64,000 nt of DNA, from assembly GCA_937900255.1 (NCBI GenBank), contig CALCDZ010000001.1, positions 57,988-121,987 of the forward strand, read 5' to 3'. Below, one piece after another: positions 38,686 through 48,292 of the stretch (positions within the stretch are counted from its first letter, which is position 1; every line of letters begins with the position of its first letter). This stretch comes from an uncultured bacterium (GTDB lineage: Bacteria; Patescibacteriota; Patescibacteriia; SG8-24; DYFX01). The notes beneath the pieces were generated by a model. That model was not told the origin of the DNA. It saw nothing but the letters and a program-made list of their open reading frames with translations, and made no database searches. Position numbers and translations under genes: made by a program.

Positions 38686-40989
38686 ATGAACGAAGCCGAA
38701 ACGCGCGCGGAATACGTCGACCCCAAGCTTAAGGCGAGCGGGTGGGGCGAAATCGAAGGATCGAAGGTCCTGCGCGAGTTTCGGATCACCGAGGGCAAGA
38801 TCCAGACGGGCGGCACGCGCGGGAAGCCGGAGATCGCCGATTATGTGCTGGTCTACAAGAACCGCAAGCTCGCCGTCGTCGAAGCTAAACCGGAAGGGAT
38901 GGAGGCGACGGAGGGCGCAGTCCAGGCCAAGGCCTATGCGGCGAAGCTCGGTTTGGAATACACCTACGCCACCAATGGTCGGGACATCTACGAGGTGTCG
39001 ATGAAGACCGGGCACGAAGGTGCCGTGGGCAGCTTCCCGACGCCTGACGAACTCTGGGCCCGCACCTTCGCCGAGCAGAACGCCTGGCGCGAGAAGTTCG
39101 CCGCCGTCCCGACGGAGGGCGAAAAGGGCCGCCGGTATTATCAGGAGCTGGCCATTGACAACGCGCTCGAGGCCGTGGCCGAGGGCAAGAAGCGGATCCT
39201 GGTGACCATGGCCACCGGTACCGGCAAGACGGCCGTGGCGGCGCAGTTCTCCTGGAAGCTGTTCCAGTCGCGTTGGAACCTCCGGGGCGACGGCGCGCGC
39301 CGGCCGAGGATCCTGTTCCTGGCCGACCGCAACATCCTCGCGGACCAGGCCTTCACGAACGACTTCGCGATCTTCGAGCGCGACGCCCGGGTGCGCATCA
39401 ACCCGCTCGACATCCGCAAGAAGGGCGGCGTGCCGACCGGCGGCAGCGTCTTCTTCACCATCTTCCAGACGTTCATGAGCGGGCCGGGCGATACGCCGTA
39501 CTTCGGCGAGTACCCGCCGGATTTCTTCGACCTCGTCATCATCGACGAGTGCCATCGCGGCGGCGCCAACGACGAGGGCAACTGGCGCGGCATCTTGGAA
39601 TACTTCGCCCCGGCCGTGCAGCTCGGTCTGACGGCGACGCCGAAGCGCAAGGACAACGTGGATACTTATAGATATTTCGGCGAGCCGGTCTACACGTATT
39701 CCCTCAAACAAGGCATCAATGACGGCTTCCTGACGCCGTTCAAGGTCAAGCGCATTCAGACGACGCTGGACGAGTACGTCTACACCTCGGACGACCAGGT
39801 CATCGAGGGCGAAGTCGAGGAGGGCAAGATCTACGAGGAAGTTGACTTCAACAGGATCATCTTCATCAAGGAACGCGAAGCCAAGCGCGTGCGCATCGTG
39901 CTGGACGAGATCGACCAGGACGAGAAGACGATCGTCTTCTGCGCGACCCAGGACCACGCCTTGGCCGTCCGCGACCTGATCAACCAATACAAGGACAGCC
40001 GAGACCCGAATTACTGCGTCCGCGTGACCGCCAACGACGGCGCGCGCGGCGAGCAGTTCCTGCGGGAGTTCCAGGACAACGAGAAGACCATCCCGACCGT
40101 CCTGACCACTTCGCAGAAGCTCTCGACGGGCGTGGACGCCCGCAACGTCCGCAACATCGTGCTGATGCGGCCGGTCAACTCCATGATCGAGTTCAAGCAG
40201 ATCATCGGGCGCGGCACGCGGCTTTTCGACGGCAAGGAGTATTTCACCATCTACGACTTCGTCGACGCCTATCACCACTTTTCGGACCCGGAGTGGGACG
40301 GCGAACCGATCGAGGAAACGGAAGAGAAACCCCGCCACTCCAAGGAGTCCCAAGGAGATCCCAAGAAACCGCGCCAGGTGTCCGAACAGCCGGAAGACCA
40401 GCCGGCGAAAAAGCTTCGGATCAAGTTGCGTGACGGCAAGGAACGCGAGATCCAGCACATGATCTCGACCTCGTTCTGGAGCGCCGACGGCAAACCGCTT
40501 TCGATCCAGGAGTTCATGGACAACCTGTTCGGGGCGATGCCTGAGTTCTTCAGAGACGAGGAGGAGCTCCGCAAGATCTGGTCCGACCCGCGCACGCGCC
40601 AGGCCTTCCTCGATAAGATCGCAGAACTCGGCTACGGCAAGGATGCGCTGGAGACGCTCCAGAAGATGATCGACGCTGAGGACAGTGACCTGTTCGACGT
40701 GCTTTCGTATGTCTCGTTCCTGACGCCGCCGATCACGCGCGAGGAGCGCGTCAGCCACGCGAAGGATCGCATCTACCAAGGCCTCGGCGAACTCCAGCAG
40801 GATTTCCTCGGGTTCGTCCTCGGGAAGTACGAGGAGAGCGGGGTCGACGAGCTCGGCGAGCACCAACTGCCGATCCTGCTGAACCTGAAATACCAGGCCA
40901 TCGCTGACGCCGAGCAGGCGCTCGGGAATGTCGGCACAATCCGCACGCTCTTCCTGGATCTGCAGAGGAAGCTGTATGCTAAGATGTGA
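38686..40989 (+). CDS. hsdR: type I restriction enzyme R subunit (shorter than usual at 767 aa)
   Basis: N-terminal MNEAETRAEYVDPKLKASGW, helicase motifs ATGTGKT and DECHRG, then a C-terminal helical region. Confidence 0.85.
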   Translation: MNEAETRAEYVDPKLKASGWGEIEGSKVLREFRITEGKIQTGGTRGKPEIADYVLVYKNRKLAVVEAKPEGMEATEGAVQAKAYAAKLGLEYTYATNGRDIYEVSMKTGHEGAVGSFPTPDELWARTFAEQNAWREKFAAVPTEGEKGRRYYQELAIDNALEAVAEGKKRILVTMATGTGKTAVAAQFSWKLFQSRWNLRGDGARRPRILFLADRNILADQAFTNDFAIFERDARVRINPLDIRKKGGVPTGGSVFFTIFQTFMSGPGDTPYFGEYPPDFFDLVIIDECHRGGANDEGNWRGILEYFAPAVQLGLTATPKRKDNVDTYRYFGEPVYTYSLKQGINDGFLTPFKVKRIQTTLDEYVYTSDDQVIEGEVEEGKIYEEVDFNRIIFIKEREAKRVRIVLDEIDQDEKTIVFCATQDHALAVRDLINQYKDSRDPNYCVRVTANDGARGEQFLREFQDNEKTIPTVLTTSQKLSTGVDARNVRNIVLMRPVNSMIEFKQIIGRGTRLFDGKEYFTIYDFVDAYHHFSDPEWDGEPIEETEEKPRHSKESQGDPKKPRQVSEQPEDQPAKKLRIKLRDGKEREIQHMISTSFWSADGKPLSIQEFMDNLFGAMPEFFRDEEELRKIWSDPRTRQAFLDKIAELGYGKDALETLQKMIDAEDSDLFDVLSYVSFLTPPITREERVSHAKDRIYQGLGELQQDFLGFVLGKYEESGVDELGEHQLPILLNLKYQAIADAEQALGNVGTIRTLFLDLQRKLYAKM

Positions 40990-41120
40990 CGACGTGGGTA
41001 CGATCGTCGATTGCTGATTCGCCGGAATCAATAAACCGAATCCGCCCCTGTGAGGCGGGGGAGATGGACGTACTCGGCCTGTCTCCGTATCGAGGTTTCA
41101 ACGTCCTCCACGACGTGGAA

Positions 41121-41226
41121 GCCAGCAAGACACATCACGCAAGTGGTGTGTTTTGCTTTCCATAAGTCGATTTCCCTTTGGGGGTGTCGTCTGCTAAAAT
41201 TAGTCGACATCAGCCAAGACGCATTT
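41121..41226 (+). repeat. ~105-bp imperfect direct repeat, copy B (immediately downstream of hsdR)
   Basis: gccagcaagacacatcacgcaagtggtgtgttttgctttccataagtcgatttccctttgggggtgtcgtctgctaaaattagtcgacatcagccaagac... Confidence 0.75.
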
Positions 41227-41240
41227 TTTCCAAGTCCTAG

Positions 41241-41705
41241 GTGAAGGTTCATGGTCAACCTTATGAAACGGTGCCGTATATTCACATGACCAAAAGCCCC
41301 CTCAAAAATATACCTGCCGATTTTCGTAAAGCACTTGCGGCTGCGCCCAAAGCCAGGGAGCAATGGGAATCGTTGACGGCGATCGCGCGGAGGGATTTCA
41401 TCAGTTGGATCGCATCGGCCAAGCAAGAGAAGACGCATGCGCGTCGGATCGAGGTGGCGTGTTCGAAGCTTGCCGCCGGGCAGCGTCGTCCTTGCTGCTA
41501 CGCGGTCGTGCCGATGGATCTTTATAAGGCGCTTGCCACGGCGCCGAAGGCCAGGACGCAGTGGAGCGGCCTCACGCCGGATGAGCGCCGGGATCTTGTC
41601 GGTTGGATCGGGATATCCGGGAAACCGGGGGCGAGGGTGGGCCGAATCGCCGAAGCTTGCGCGATGCTCGCAGCCAGGAAAAGACGTTTTAAACCAGCGA
41701 AATAG
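41241..41705 (+). CDS. YdeI/OmpD-associated-family-like protein with an internal duplication
   Basis: Two ~55-aa repeats (ALAAAPKAREQWESLTAIARRDFISWIASAK / ALATAPKARTQWSGLTPDERRDLVGWIGISGK). GTG start at 41241; an alternative ATG is at 41286. Confidence 0.5.
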   Translation: MKVHGQPYETVPYIHMTKSPLKNIPADFRKALAAAPKAREQWESLTAIARRDFISWIASAKQEKTHARRIEVACSKLAAGQRRPCCYAVVPMDLYKALATAPKARTQWSGLTPDERRDLVGWIGISGKPGARVGRIAEACAMLAARKRRFKPAK

Positions 41706-41779
41706 CTTGCGAACGTTCCCGCCACACGGCATGGCACCGAACGTTTGATATTTCGGCCTCTTTCGGGCAAAATAGGGCC

Positions 41780-43219
41780 ATGTCGAACGGCGTGGCCAAG
41801 AACATCTTTCACCTGCTGACCTCCTCGGTCCTCCAAAAGGGCATCGCTTTCGTGTACTTCGCGCTCATCGCCCGTTGGGCCGGCGTCGCGCATACGGGGG
41901 CGTATTTCTTCGCCCTCTCCTGGACGTTGATGTTCACGACGATCACCGACATGGGCCTCACGCCCGTCCTGATCCGCGAATCGGCCAAAGACCACGCCAA
42001 TACCGAGAAGTTCCTGAACCAGACGCTTTCGCTCAAGCTTCCGCTCACGGCCGTGGCGGTACTCTCCGCCATCGTCGGCGCCTGGCTGTTCCATATCGAA
42101 CCGGTCACGCGTACGCTCGTCATGCTCTCCACCATCGTCATTTCGCTGGATGCCGTCTCCCTTACATTCTACGGCGTCCTGCGCGGGCACCATGTCCTGA
42201 AGCACGAAGGCCTCGGGCTGGTCATCGGCCAGTCCGTCACCATGCTCATCGGCCTCGCATCCTTGAAGCTCCACATGCCGCTCTGGGTGCTGGTCGTCGC
42301 GCTCATCGCCGGCAGTTCCTGGAACGCGCTGGCGTCCTGGTGGGTCGTGACCCGCAAGCTCCGTATCCGCGTCCGTCCGAGCTGGGACCGGAACTTCGCC
42401 CTGACGATCCTGCGTACCGCCTTCCCGTTCGCGCTCGCGGGCTTTTTCGTGAAGATCTACACCAGCGCCGACGCCGTGCTGCTCACGCACTTCCATGGAG
42501 AGGCGGCGGCCGGCCTTTACAGCGTCCCGTATAAGCTGACCTTCGCCTTCCAGTTCGTGCCAATGACGTTCACGGCGGCGTTCTACCCGGCCATGAGCCG
42601 CGCCTTCGCGACGGACAAGAAGGCGCTCGGCGATCTCCTGTACCAGGCGCTGCGGTCGCTGACGCTGATCGTCGCCCCGATCGTCTCCGGCATCGCCGCC
42701 CTGGCGCCGCAATTGGTGCAATCCGTTTTCGGCAAGGAGTACCTGCCGTCCGTCCTTGCGGTCGAGACGCTTATTTTCGTACTCGTCCCGATCTTCCTGG
42801 ATTTCCCGATCGGCTCGCTCCTGAACGCCTCCGACCGCCAGATGACGCAGACGAAACTGATGGCGGCTGCGACCGCCGTCTCGCTCGCGCTCAACCTCGC
42901 CCTCATCCGGGATTACGGCTTGGTCGGGGTCGTCGTCGCATCGATCGTCAGCCACATGGTCCTGATCGTCGGCGGCCTCATCGTCATCGGGAAGTTCCTG
43001 GAATGGCCGGCGGCCCGGTTCGCCGGGGCTGCCGTCCGCACGGGTCTGGCGGCCGGCGCGATGGCGCTCGTCGTGACGTTCACGAAGTCGCTCCTGCCTC
43101 TTCCGGCCGTGGTGTTCCTCGGTGCGCTCAGTTACCCGGCCGCTGCCTTCGCGTTCGGCGCGATCGGCGTGAAGGATCTCAAGATGCTGGCCGCGGGGGT
43201 GCTGAAGCCAAGCGCATGA
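41780..43219 (+). CDS. polysaccharide/oligosaccharide flippase (Wzx / MOP superfamily)
   Basis: 479 aa with about 12-14 TM helices. The N-terminus has the typical polysaccharide-biosynthesis-protein layout. Confidence 0.75.
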   Translation: MSNGVAKNIFHLLTSSVLQKGIAFVYFALIARWAGVAHTGAYFFALSWTLMFTTITDMGLTPVLIRESAKDHANTEKFLNQTLSLKLPLTAVAVLSAIVGAWLFHIEPVTRTLVMLSTIVISLDAVSLTFYGVLRGHHVLKHEGLGLVIGQSVTMLIGLASLKLHMPLWVLVVALIAGSSWNALASWWVVTRKLRIRVRPSWDRNFALTILRTAFPFALAGFFVKIYTSADAVLLTHFHGEAAAGLYSVPYKLTFAFQFVPMTFTAAFYPAMSRAFATDKKALGDLLYQALRSLTLIVAPIVSGIAALAPQLVQSVFGKEYLPSVLAVETLIFVLVPIFLDFPIGSLLNASDRQMTQTKLMAAATAVSLALNLALIRDYGLVGVVVASIVSHMVLIVGGLIVIGKFLEWPAARFAGAAVRTGLAAGAMALVVTFTKSLLPLPAVVFLGALSYPAAAFAFGAIGVKDLKMLAAGVLKPSA

Positions 43220-44253
43220 GACTGCTTCTCGCCACCTACGAATATCCGCCGGACAAAGGCGGCATCGCCAGTTACCTGGGCGGTCTGTTCGGTGCCATGC
43301 CCGAGCATGATGTCAGGGTCCTGAAATTGAGAATACCGGCCAGGCGGCTCGGCTGGCTCCTGCAGCTGCCGAAGCTTTGGATCGCTTCGAGATGGGCGGA
43401 CGCCGTGGTCGTCTCGCATGTGCTGCCGCTCGGCACCGCCGCGGCCTTGATCGGAAAACCGTACGCCGTCATCGTGCACGGGCTTGATTTGCGTGCGGCC
43501 GCCGCGCAGCCGCGGAAAAGACCGACGGCCGCCCGCGTGCTGAAGGCCGCAAAATTGATCGTCGCCAACAGCCGCGCGACCGCCGATGAGCTGGCGGGTT
43601 TCGGAGTGGATCCCGCATCCGCGCTCGTCGTGACGCCCTGTCCGGACCCGGAACTGGAACGGAAAGGGCTGGGCATCGATGCACGAGAGATATTCGATCT
43701 CAGCGGAAAGAAAGTACTGCTCTCGGTCGGACGTCTCGTCGGGCGCAAAGGCTTCGATCGGCTCGTCCGCCTGCTTCCGGAACTCCGCAAGGCATGCGAG
43801 GATGTGGTGCTCGTCATCGCGGGGGCGGGGCCGGAGGAGGGGAGGCTCCGCAGCGAAGCCGCCTTGTCCGGCATGGAACCCTACGTGCGCTTCGTCATCG
43901 GTCCCGACCAGGAGACGCTCGCGGCTTTGTATCGCGCCGCCGACGTCTTCGCGCTCGCGGTGCGCGCGTCGAAGGGTGACGTCGAAGGGTTCGGGATCGT
44001 CTTCCTGGAAGCGGCGCTCTTCGGCGTACCGTCCGTCGGTTCGCGGGTCGGAGGCGTGCCGGAAGCGATCGTGGATGGGCGCACCGGCCTCCTGACGGAT
44101 CCGGATTCCGAAAGCGATCTCCATGAGAAACTCCGGCGCTTGCTGAACGATGCGGACGGCGCCACGCGCCTTGGTGCGGCCGCCCGCGCCCGCGCCCTTG
44201 AAGATTTCCGGTGGCCGGAGCGGGCAGCTCGGTTGATCGAAAGGCTTTCATGA
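43216..44253 (+). CDS. glycosyltransferase family 4
   Basis: MRLLLATYEYPPDKGGIASY... plus the C-terminal EGFGIVFLEA...G.P GT4 motif. ATGA overlap with the flippase. Confidence 0.8.
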   Translation: MRLLLATYEYPPDKGGIASYLGGLFGAMPEHDVRVLKLRIPARRLGWLLQLPKLWIASRWADAVVVSHVLPLGTAAALIGKPYAVIVHGLDLRAAAAQPRKRPTAARVLKAAKLIVANSRATADELAGFGVDPASALVVTPCPDPELERKGLGIDAREIFDLSGKKVLLSVGRLVGRKGFDRLVRLLPELRKACEDVVLVIAGAGPEEGRLRSEAALSGMEPYVRFVIGPDQETLAALYRAADVFALAVRASKGDVEGFGIVFLEAALFGVPSVGSRVGGVPEAIVDGRTGLLTDPDSESDLHEKLRRLLNDADGATRLGAAARARALEDFRWPERAARLIERLS

Positions 44254-44954
44254 GACGCATTTCCGTCATCATCCCGTGCTACAACCACGCGTCTTCCATC
44301 GGGAAGTGCCTTGGGAGCGTTTTTGCGCAGACGTATCCGGAGATCGAGGTCATCGTGGTGGATGACGGGTCGACGGACGATCTCGAAACCGCCCTCAAAC
44401 CGTTCCAAGGCCGTTTCCGATTCATCCGGCAAGAGAACCGCGGCGGGCCCGCGGCGCGCAATCGCGGATTCAGAGAGAGCTCGGGCGCATTCGTCATCTT
44501 CTGCGACGCGGACATCATCTGGACCAAGGATGCGCTTTCCAGCATGATCGCGGCGCTCGATGCGCATCCGGAGGCCGCCTATGCCTATGCCTCCTTCAGG
44601 TTCGGTTGGAAGAGCTTCCGGGGGGGGTCGTTCGACTCGGAGCGCTTGAAGCGTCATAACTACATCCATACCGGTTCGCTCATCCGCAGGGAGAAGTTCC
44701 CGGGTTTCGACGAATCGCTGCGCCGCTTCCAGGATTGGGACCTATGGCTTACGATGTCCGAGAGGGGAGACGCCGGCGTCTGGATCCCGCGCGAACTCTG
44801 CCGGGTGATGACGAGGCGCGGCGGCATCTCGAGCTGGTTGCCGAAGGTCGCCTACCGCATCCCATGGGCGCGCCTGGGCTGGAAGCCCGCCCGCGTGCGC
44901 GCGTACGAGGAAGCGGCCGCCGTCATCAGGAAGAAGCATCATCTTTCGCCATGA
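44250..44954 (+). CDS. glycosyltransferase family 2
   Basis: ISVIIPCYNHA...VVDDGSTDD DxD-type GT2 N-terminus. ATGA overlap. Confidence 0.8.
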   Translation: MRRISVIIPCYNHASSIGKCLGSVFAQTYPEIEVIVVDDGSTDDLETALKPFQGRFRFIRQENRGGPAARNRGFRESSGAFVIFCDADIIWTKDALSSMIAALDAHPEAAYAYASFRFGWKSFRGGSFDSERLKRHNYIHTGSLIRREKFPGFDESLRRFQDWDLWLTMSERGDAGVWIPRELCRVMTRRGGISSWLPKVAYRIPWARLGWKPARVRAYEEAAAVIRKKHHLSP

Positions 44955-45844
44955 GCCGTCCCGCCGATCTCAGCATCATCACGGTCAATTGGAAGGTCGC
45001 CGATCTGGTCGGCGAGCTTTTGGGATCGATCCAAGCGAACCGTGAAGGCTTGTCGATCGAGATTTTCGTCGTCGACAACGATTCCGGCGACCGCATCGAG
45101 GACGTCGTCGCCGGGTTCCGCTCCCGTTCCGACATCCCCGTCACGTTCATCCGTAACGGACGGAACCTCGGTTTCGCCGCCGCCAACAATCAGGCGATCC
45201 GTCGCTCTTCCGGGCGGGTAGTCGCGCTCTTGAATCCGGACGCGCGCGTCATGAAAGGCGCCTTGAAGCGGATGGTCGAATGGATGGACGCGCACCCCCG
45301 CGTCGGCATCGCTGGTCCGCGGCTCCTCGAGACCGACGGATCGACCCAACGCTCCGTCCGCCGGGACCCGTGGTTGTCCGACCAGATCCTCATCCTGCTC
45401 AAGACGCATCATCTTTGGCCGGCCGCTCCGCCGTTCCGACGCTACTTGGCCGACGGTTTCGATTACGGCAAGGAACAGGACGTCGAGCAGCTGATGGGCG
45501 CGGCGCTCTTCATCCGTCGGGAGGTCTTCACCGGCATCGGTCTGCTCGACGAGTCGTTCTTCATCTGGTTCGAGGAGGTCGACTTCTGCAAGCGGGCTCG
45601 TGATGCCGGTTGGCGGGTGTCATACGTGCCTTCCGCCGCCGTCGTTCATCATGGGGGGGCCAGTTTCGCCAAGGCGATGACGCTCAGGAAGCAGCGGTAT
45701 TTTTCCGGCAGCATGCGAACGTACTTCAAGAAGCACCGCGGCGCATGGACCGGCGCGGTGCTGGCCTTGCCGGTCCTGCTCGGTCTTGCGGCGGCTGCCA
45801 TGCTTTCGCTATGGAACAACCTGCAAAAAAAAACGAAGGCCTGA
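44951..45844 (+). CDS. glycosyltransferase family 2
   Basis: LSIITVNWKVADL...FVVDNDSGD. ATGA overlap with the preceding GT2. Confidence 0.75.
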   Translation: MSRPADLSIITVNWKVADLVGELLGSIQANREGLSIEIFVVDNDSGDRIEDVVAGFRSRSDIPVTFIRNGRNLGFAAANNQAIRRSSGRVVALLNPDARVMKGALKRMVEWMDAHPRVGIAGPRLLETDGSTQRSVRRDPWLSDQILILLKTHHLWPAAPPFRRYLADGFDYGKEQDVEQLMGAALFIRREVFTGIGLLDESFFIWFEEVDFCKRARDAGWRVSYVPSAAVVHHGGASFAKAMTLRKQRYFSGSMRTYFKKHRGAWTGAVLALPVLLGLAAAAMLSLWNNLQKKTKA

Positions 45845-47361
45845 ACGCCTCAAGGGCCGTTTTCCTGCTCTGCGTGGCGGCTGAGCTGCTTTCTTTCCTC
45901 ACGTTCTACCGTCCCTGGCTCGCGGCCCCGTTCCTGTACGCGCTGGGTCTCGGAGCGATCGCATTGGCGTTCACGGACCTAAGGAAACTCTTTTCGGTCG
46001 TCGTGGTGGAGGCGATCATCGGCAGTCATGGGCGGCTCTTCTCCGCCGAAGTCGCAGGTTTTTCGGTCTCCGTCCGCATGGTCCTCTTCGCCGTCCTAGT
46101 CATCGGATGGGCGCTTCATACGGTTCATGGGCGTTCGCGCATCCTGCATTTCCGGCATGTCGGGATAGGCGCCCCGCTGACGCTGCTGCTTTCGGCGCTG
46201 GCGCTTGCCGCCGCACGCGGGTTGGAGCGCGGGGTGGGCGCGGCCTTTTCCGACGCGAACGGGTACGCCTTCCTTCTCATGCTGCCGATAGGCCTCGACC
46301 TGTTCGCTGGGCGCGAACCTTTCGCGAAGCTGCTCGGCGTCATGGCCGGTGCCGCGGCCTGGCTGGCGGCCAAGAGCCTGATCCTGCTCTATCTTTTTTC
46401 GCACGACTTCGGCCCGTTCCTGAAAGACCTGTTCAGATGGCAGAGAACGTACGGCCTGAGCGAGATGACGCGCCTTGCGGGGGGTGCCGTCCGTGTCTTC
46501 GCCGCTTCCGACCTCTTCCTGATCCCGGCCGTGGCCCTCGGAATCCTTCTCTCCTGGAAATTCCGGCGCCGTTGGACCTTTGCCTGGACCATCCTCGTCA
46601 CGGCCGCCTTCCTTCTCAGCCTTTCCAGAAGTTTCTGGCTCGGCATCGCGTTTTCCGCGGCGATCATGCTGCCCGCGCTCGTGAAACATGAAACCAGGCC
46701 GCTCCGGGAGATCGGGCGGCTGTCCGGGAGCGCTTTTGTCGCCCTGGCGATCGGAACGGCGCTGCTTGCCGGGCTGCTGTTCCTCCCCTCACCGAAGCGT
46801 CTTCAGGATGCCGGGGCATGGGGTGCATACGGCGGGCGCTTCCTGAACGCCTCCGACGCAGCCGTTTCCAGCCGTTGGAACATGATCGCGCCGCTCCGCC
46901 AGGCGATCTCCGTTTCACCGGTCTTCGGATCCGGTTTTGGATCGGTCATCAGCTATCAGTCGGACGATCCGCGCATGCATGACCTCTACCCGGGCGGGCG
47001 CGTCACGACCGGAGCGATCGAATGGCAGTACTTGGAAATCTGGCTGAAGACGGGACTCTTCGGCCTCTTCGCCGTCCTGTGGCTCTGGTGGCGCATCGCG
47101 ATATTCCTCTGGAAATCGATCGGGGGGGCATCACGGGAAACGGGCCGGCTCATGGCGTCAGGAGCGATGCTGTCGTTCCTCGCTTTCGTGATCGCCAACG
47201 TCTTCACCCCTTACATCAATCATCCGCTCGGATGGATGTATCTGGCACTCGTCGTCGTCGGGGCGCATGCCTACGGCGGTCACGAGGCTCCGGAGCGCGA
47301 ATTTCCGGCTAGTCCAATTCCGCGTTGGCGAAGTCAGGATAGCCGTTCAGGAAACTCTTGA
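45811..47361 (+). CDS. O-antigen ligase-like (Wzy_C) membrane protein; candidate O-oligosaccharyltransferase
   Basis: Multi-TM protein with a large loop, a Wzy_C-type layout. The ATG at 45811 overlaps the GT2 3' end; the ORF-track start at 45610 is probably too far upstream. The start is uncertain. Confidence 0.6.
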   Translation: MEQPAKKNEGLNASRAVFLLCVAAELLSFLTFYRPWLAAPFLYALGLGAIALAFTDLRKLFSVVVVEAIIGSHGRLFSAEVAGFSVSVRMVLFAVLVIGWALHTVHGRSRILHFRHVGIGAPLTLLLSALALAAARGLERGVGAAFSDANGYAFLLMLPIGLDLFAGREPFAKLLGVMAGAAAWLAAKSLILLYLFSHDFGPFLKDLFRWQRTYGLSEMTRLAGGAVRVFAASDLFLIPAVALGILLSWKFRRRWTFAWTILVTAAFLLSLSRSFWLGIAFSAAIMLPALVKHETRPLREIGRLSGSAFVALAIGTALLAGLLFLPSPKRLQDAGAWGAYGGRFLNASDAAVSSRWNMIAPLRQAISVSPVFGSGFGSVISYQSDDPRMHDLYPGGRVTTGAIEWQYLEIWLKTGLFGLFAVLWLWWRIAIFLWKSIGGASRETGRLMASGAMLSFLAFVIANVFTPYINHPLGWMYLALVVVGAHAYGGHEAPEREFPASPIPRWRSQDSRSGNS

Positions 47362-48292
47362 GATCTGAGGCGTTCTTCCCTTCGAGCTGGACCGTCTTGA
47401 GGATGAGCGAACCTTCACCGCAGTTCACTCCGACGGTGCCGTCCGAAAGCTTGCAGACGGTTCCCGGCCTTTCCGGGTTTCCGCAGCGGCTGACGGGATG
47501 CAGCACGGTTGCTTTCTTGATCGTCAGCTTGAGCGGCGTCTTGCCGCCGCGCGCCCAGCGGGTGAACGCCTCGGGCCACGGTTGCATGGCCCGTACCAGA
47601 CGCTCGATCTCTACGGCGCTTCTTGACCAGTCGATGCGGCCGTCTTCCCGCGTGAGGATGCCGCAGACGGTGGCCTTGGACGGATCCTGCGGTTCCGGGA
47701 CGAGCGTGCCCTCGAAGTAGCCTTTGAGCGTCGGTCCGATGAGCATGGATGCCGCCCGCGAGAGCTTGGCGGCGAGCGAGGCGGTCGTATCTTCATCGTC
47801 GATCGGAAGGCGCTGCACGGCCAGGATCGGGCCTTCGTCCATCTTGGCATCCATCCGCATGATGCTGTTGCCCGTTTCCTTTTCGCCGGCGGCGATGGCG
47901 GCATTGATGGGGGAAGCGCCGCGATAACGGGGCAGGAGCGAGGCATGCACGTTCACTCCGCCGAAGCGCGGGATGTCCAACAGCTTTCCAGGCAAGATCT
48001 TCCCGTACGACACCACGACGTACGCGTCGGCCTGCAGCGCCTTGAAGTGGGAGATCGCCGCTTCGTCGCGGAGCGACTCCGGCTGATGGACCTTGATGCC
48101 CAGCGAGAGCGCGGCGCGCTTGACGTCCGGGGCGGTCAGCAGCCGCTTGCGCCCGGCCGGGCGGTCCGGCTGCGTCACGGCCTCCAAGACAGAAAAACCG
48201 CCGTCATGATGGAGGCGTTCGAGGATAGGGACGGCGAAATCCGACGTGCCGAAGAAGACGATCCTGTAGGGTTTCTCCGGTGGACGGCTCAT
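47309..48292 (-). CDS. fmt: methionyl-tRNA formyltransferase
   Basis: MSRPPEKPYRIVFFGTSDFAVPIL... typical Fmt. 3' end convergently overlaps the ligase-like gene. Confidence 0.85.
   Translation of the reverse strand: MSRPPEKPYRIVFFGTSDFAVPILERLHHDGGFSVLEAVTQPDRPAGRKRLLTAPDVKRAALSLGIKVHQPESLRDEAAISHFKALQADAYVVVSYGKILPGKLLDIPRFGGVNVHASLLPRYRGASPINAAIAAGEKETGNSIMRMDAKMDEGPILAVQRLPIDDEDTTASLAAKLSRAASMLIGPTLKGYFEGTLVPEPQDPSKATVCGILTREDGRIDWSRSAVEIERLVRAMQPWPEAFTRWARGGKTPLKLTIKKATVLHPVSRCGNPERPGTVCKLSDGTVGVNCGEGSLILKTVQLEGKNASDLKSFLNGYPDFANAELD

Noticed and set aside
47309-47361. 53-nt convergent overlap between the ligase-like gene 3' end and the fmt 3' end, read as an annotation error
   Set aside because: Both reading frames run cleanly to their stops, and short convergent overlaps occur. 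Either C-terminus could be slightly shorter in reality, but nothing in the sequence forces a correction.
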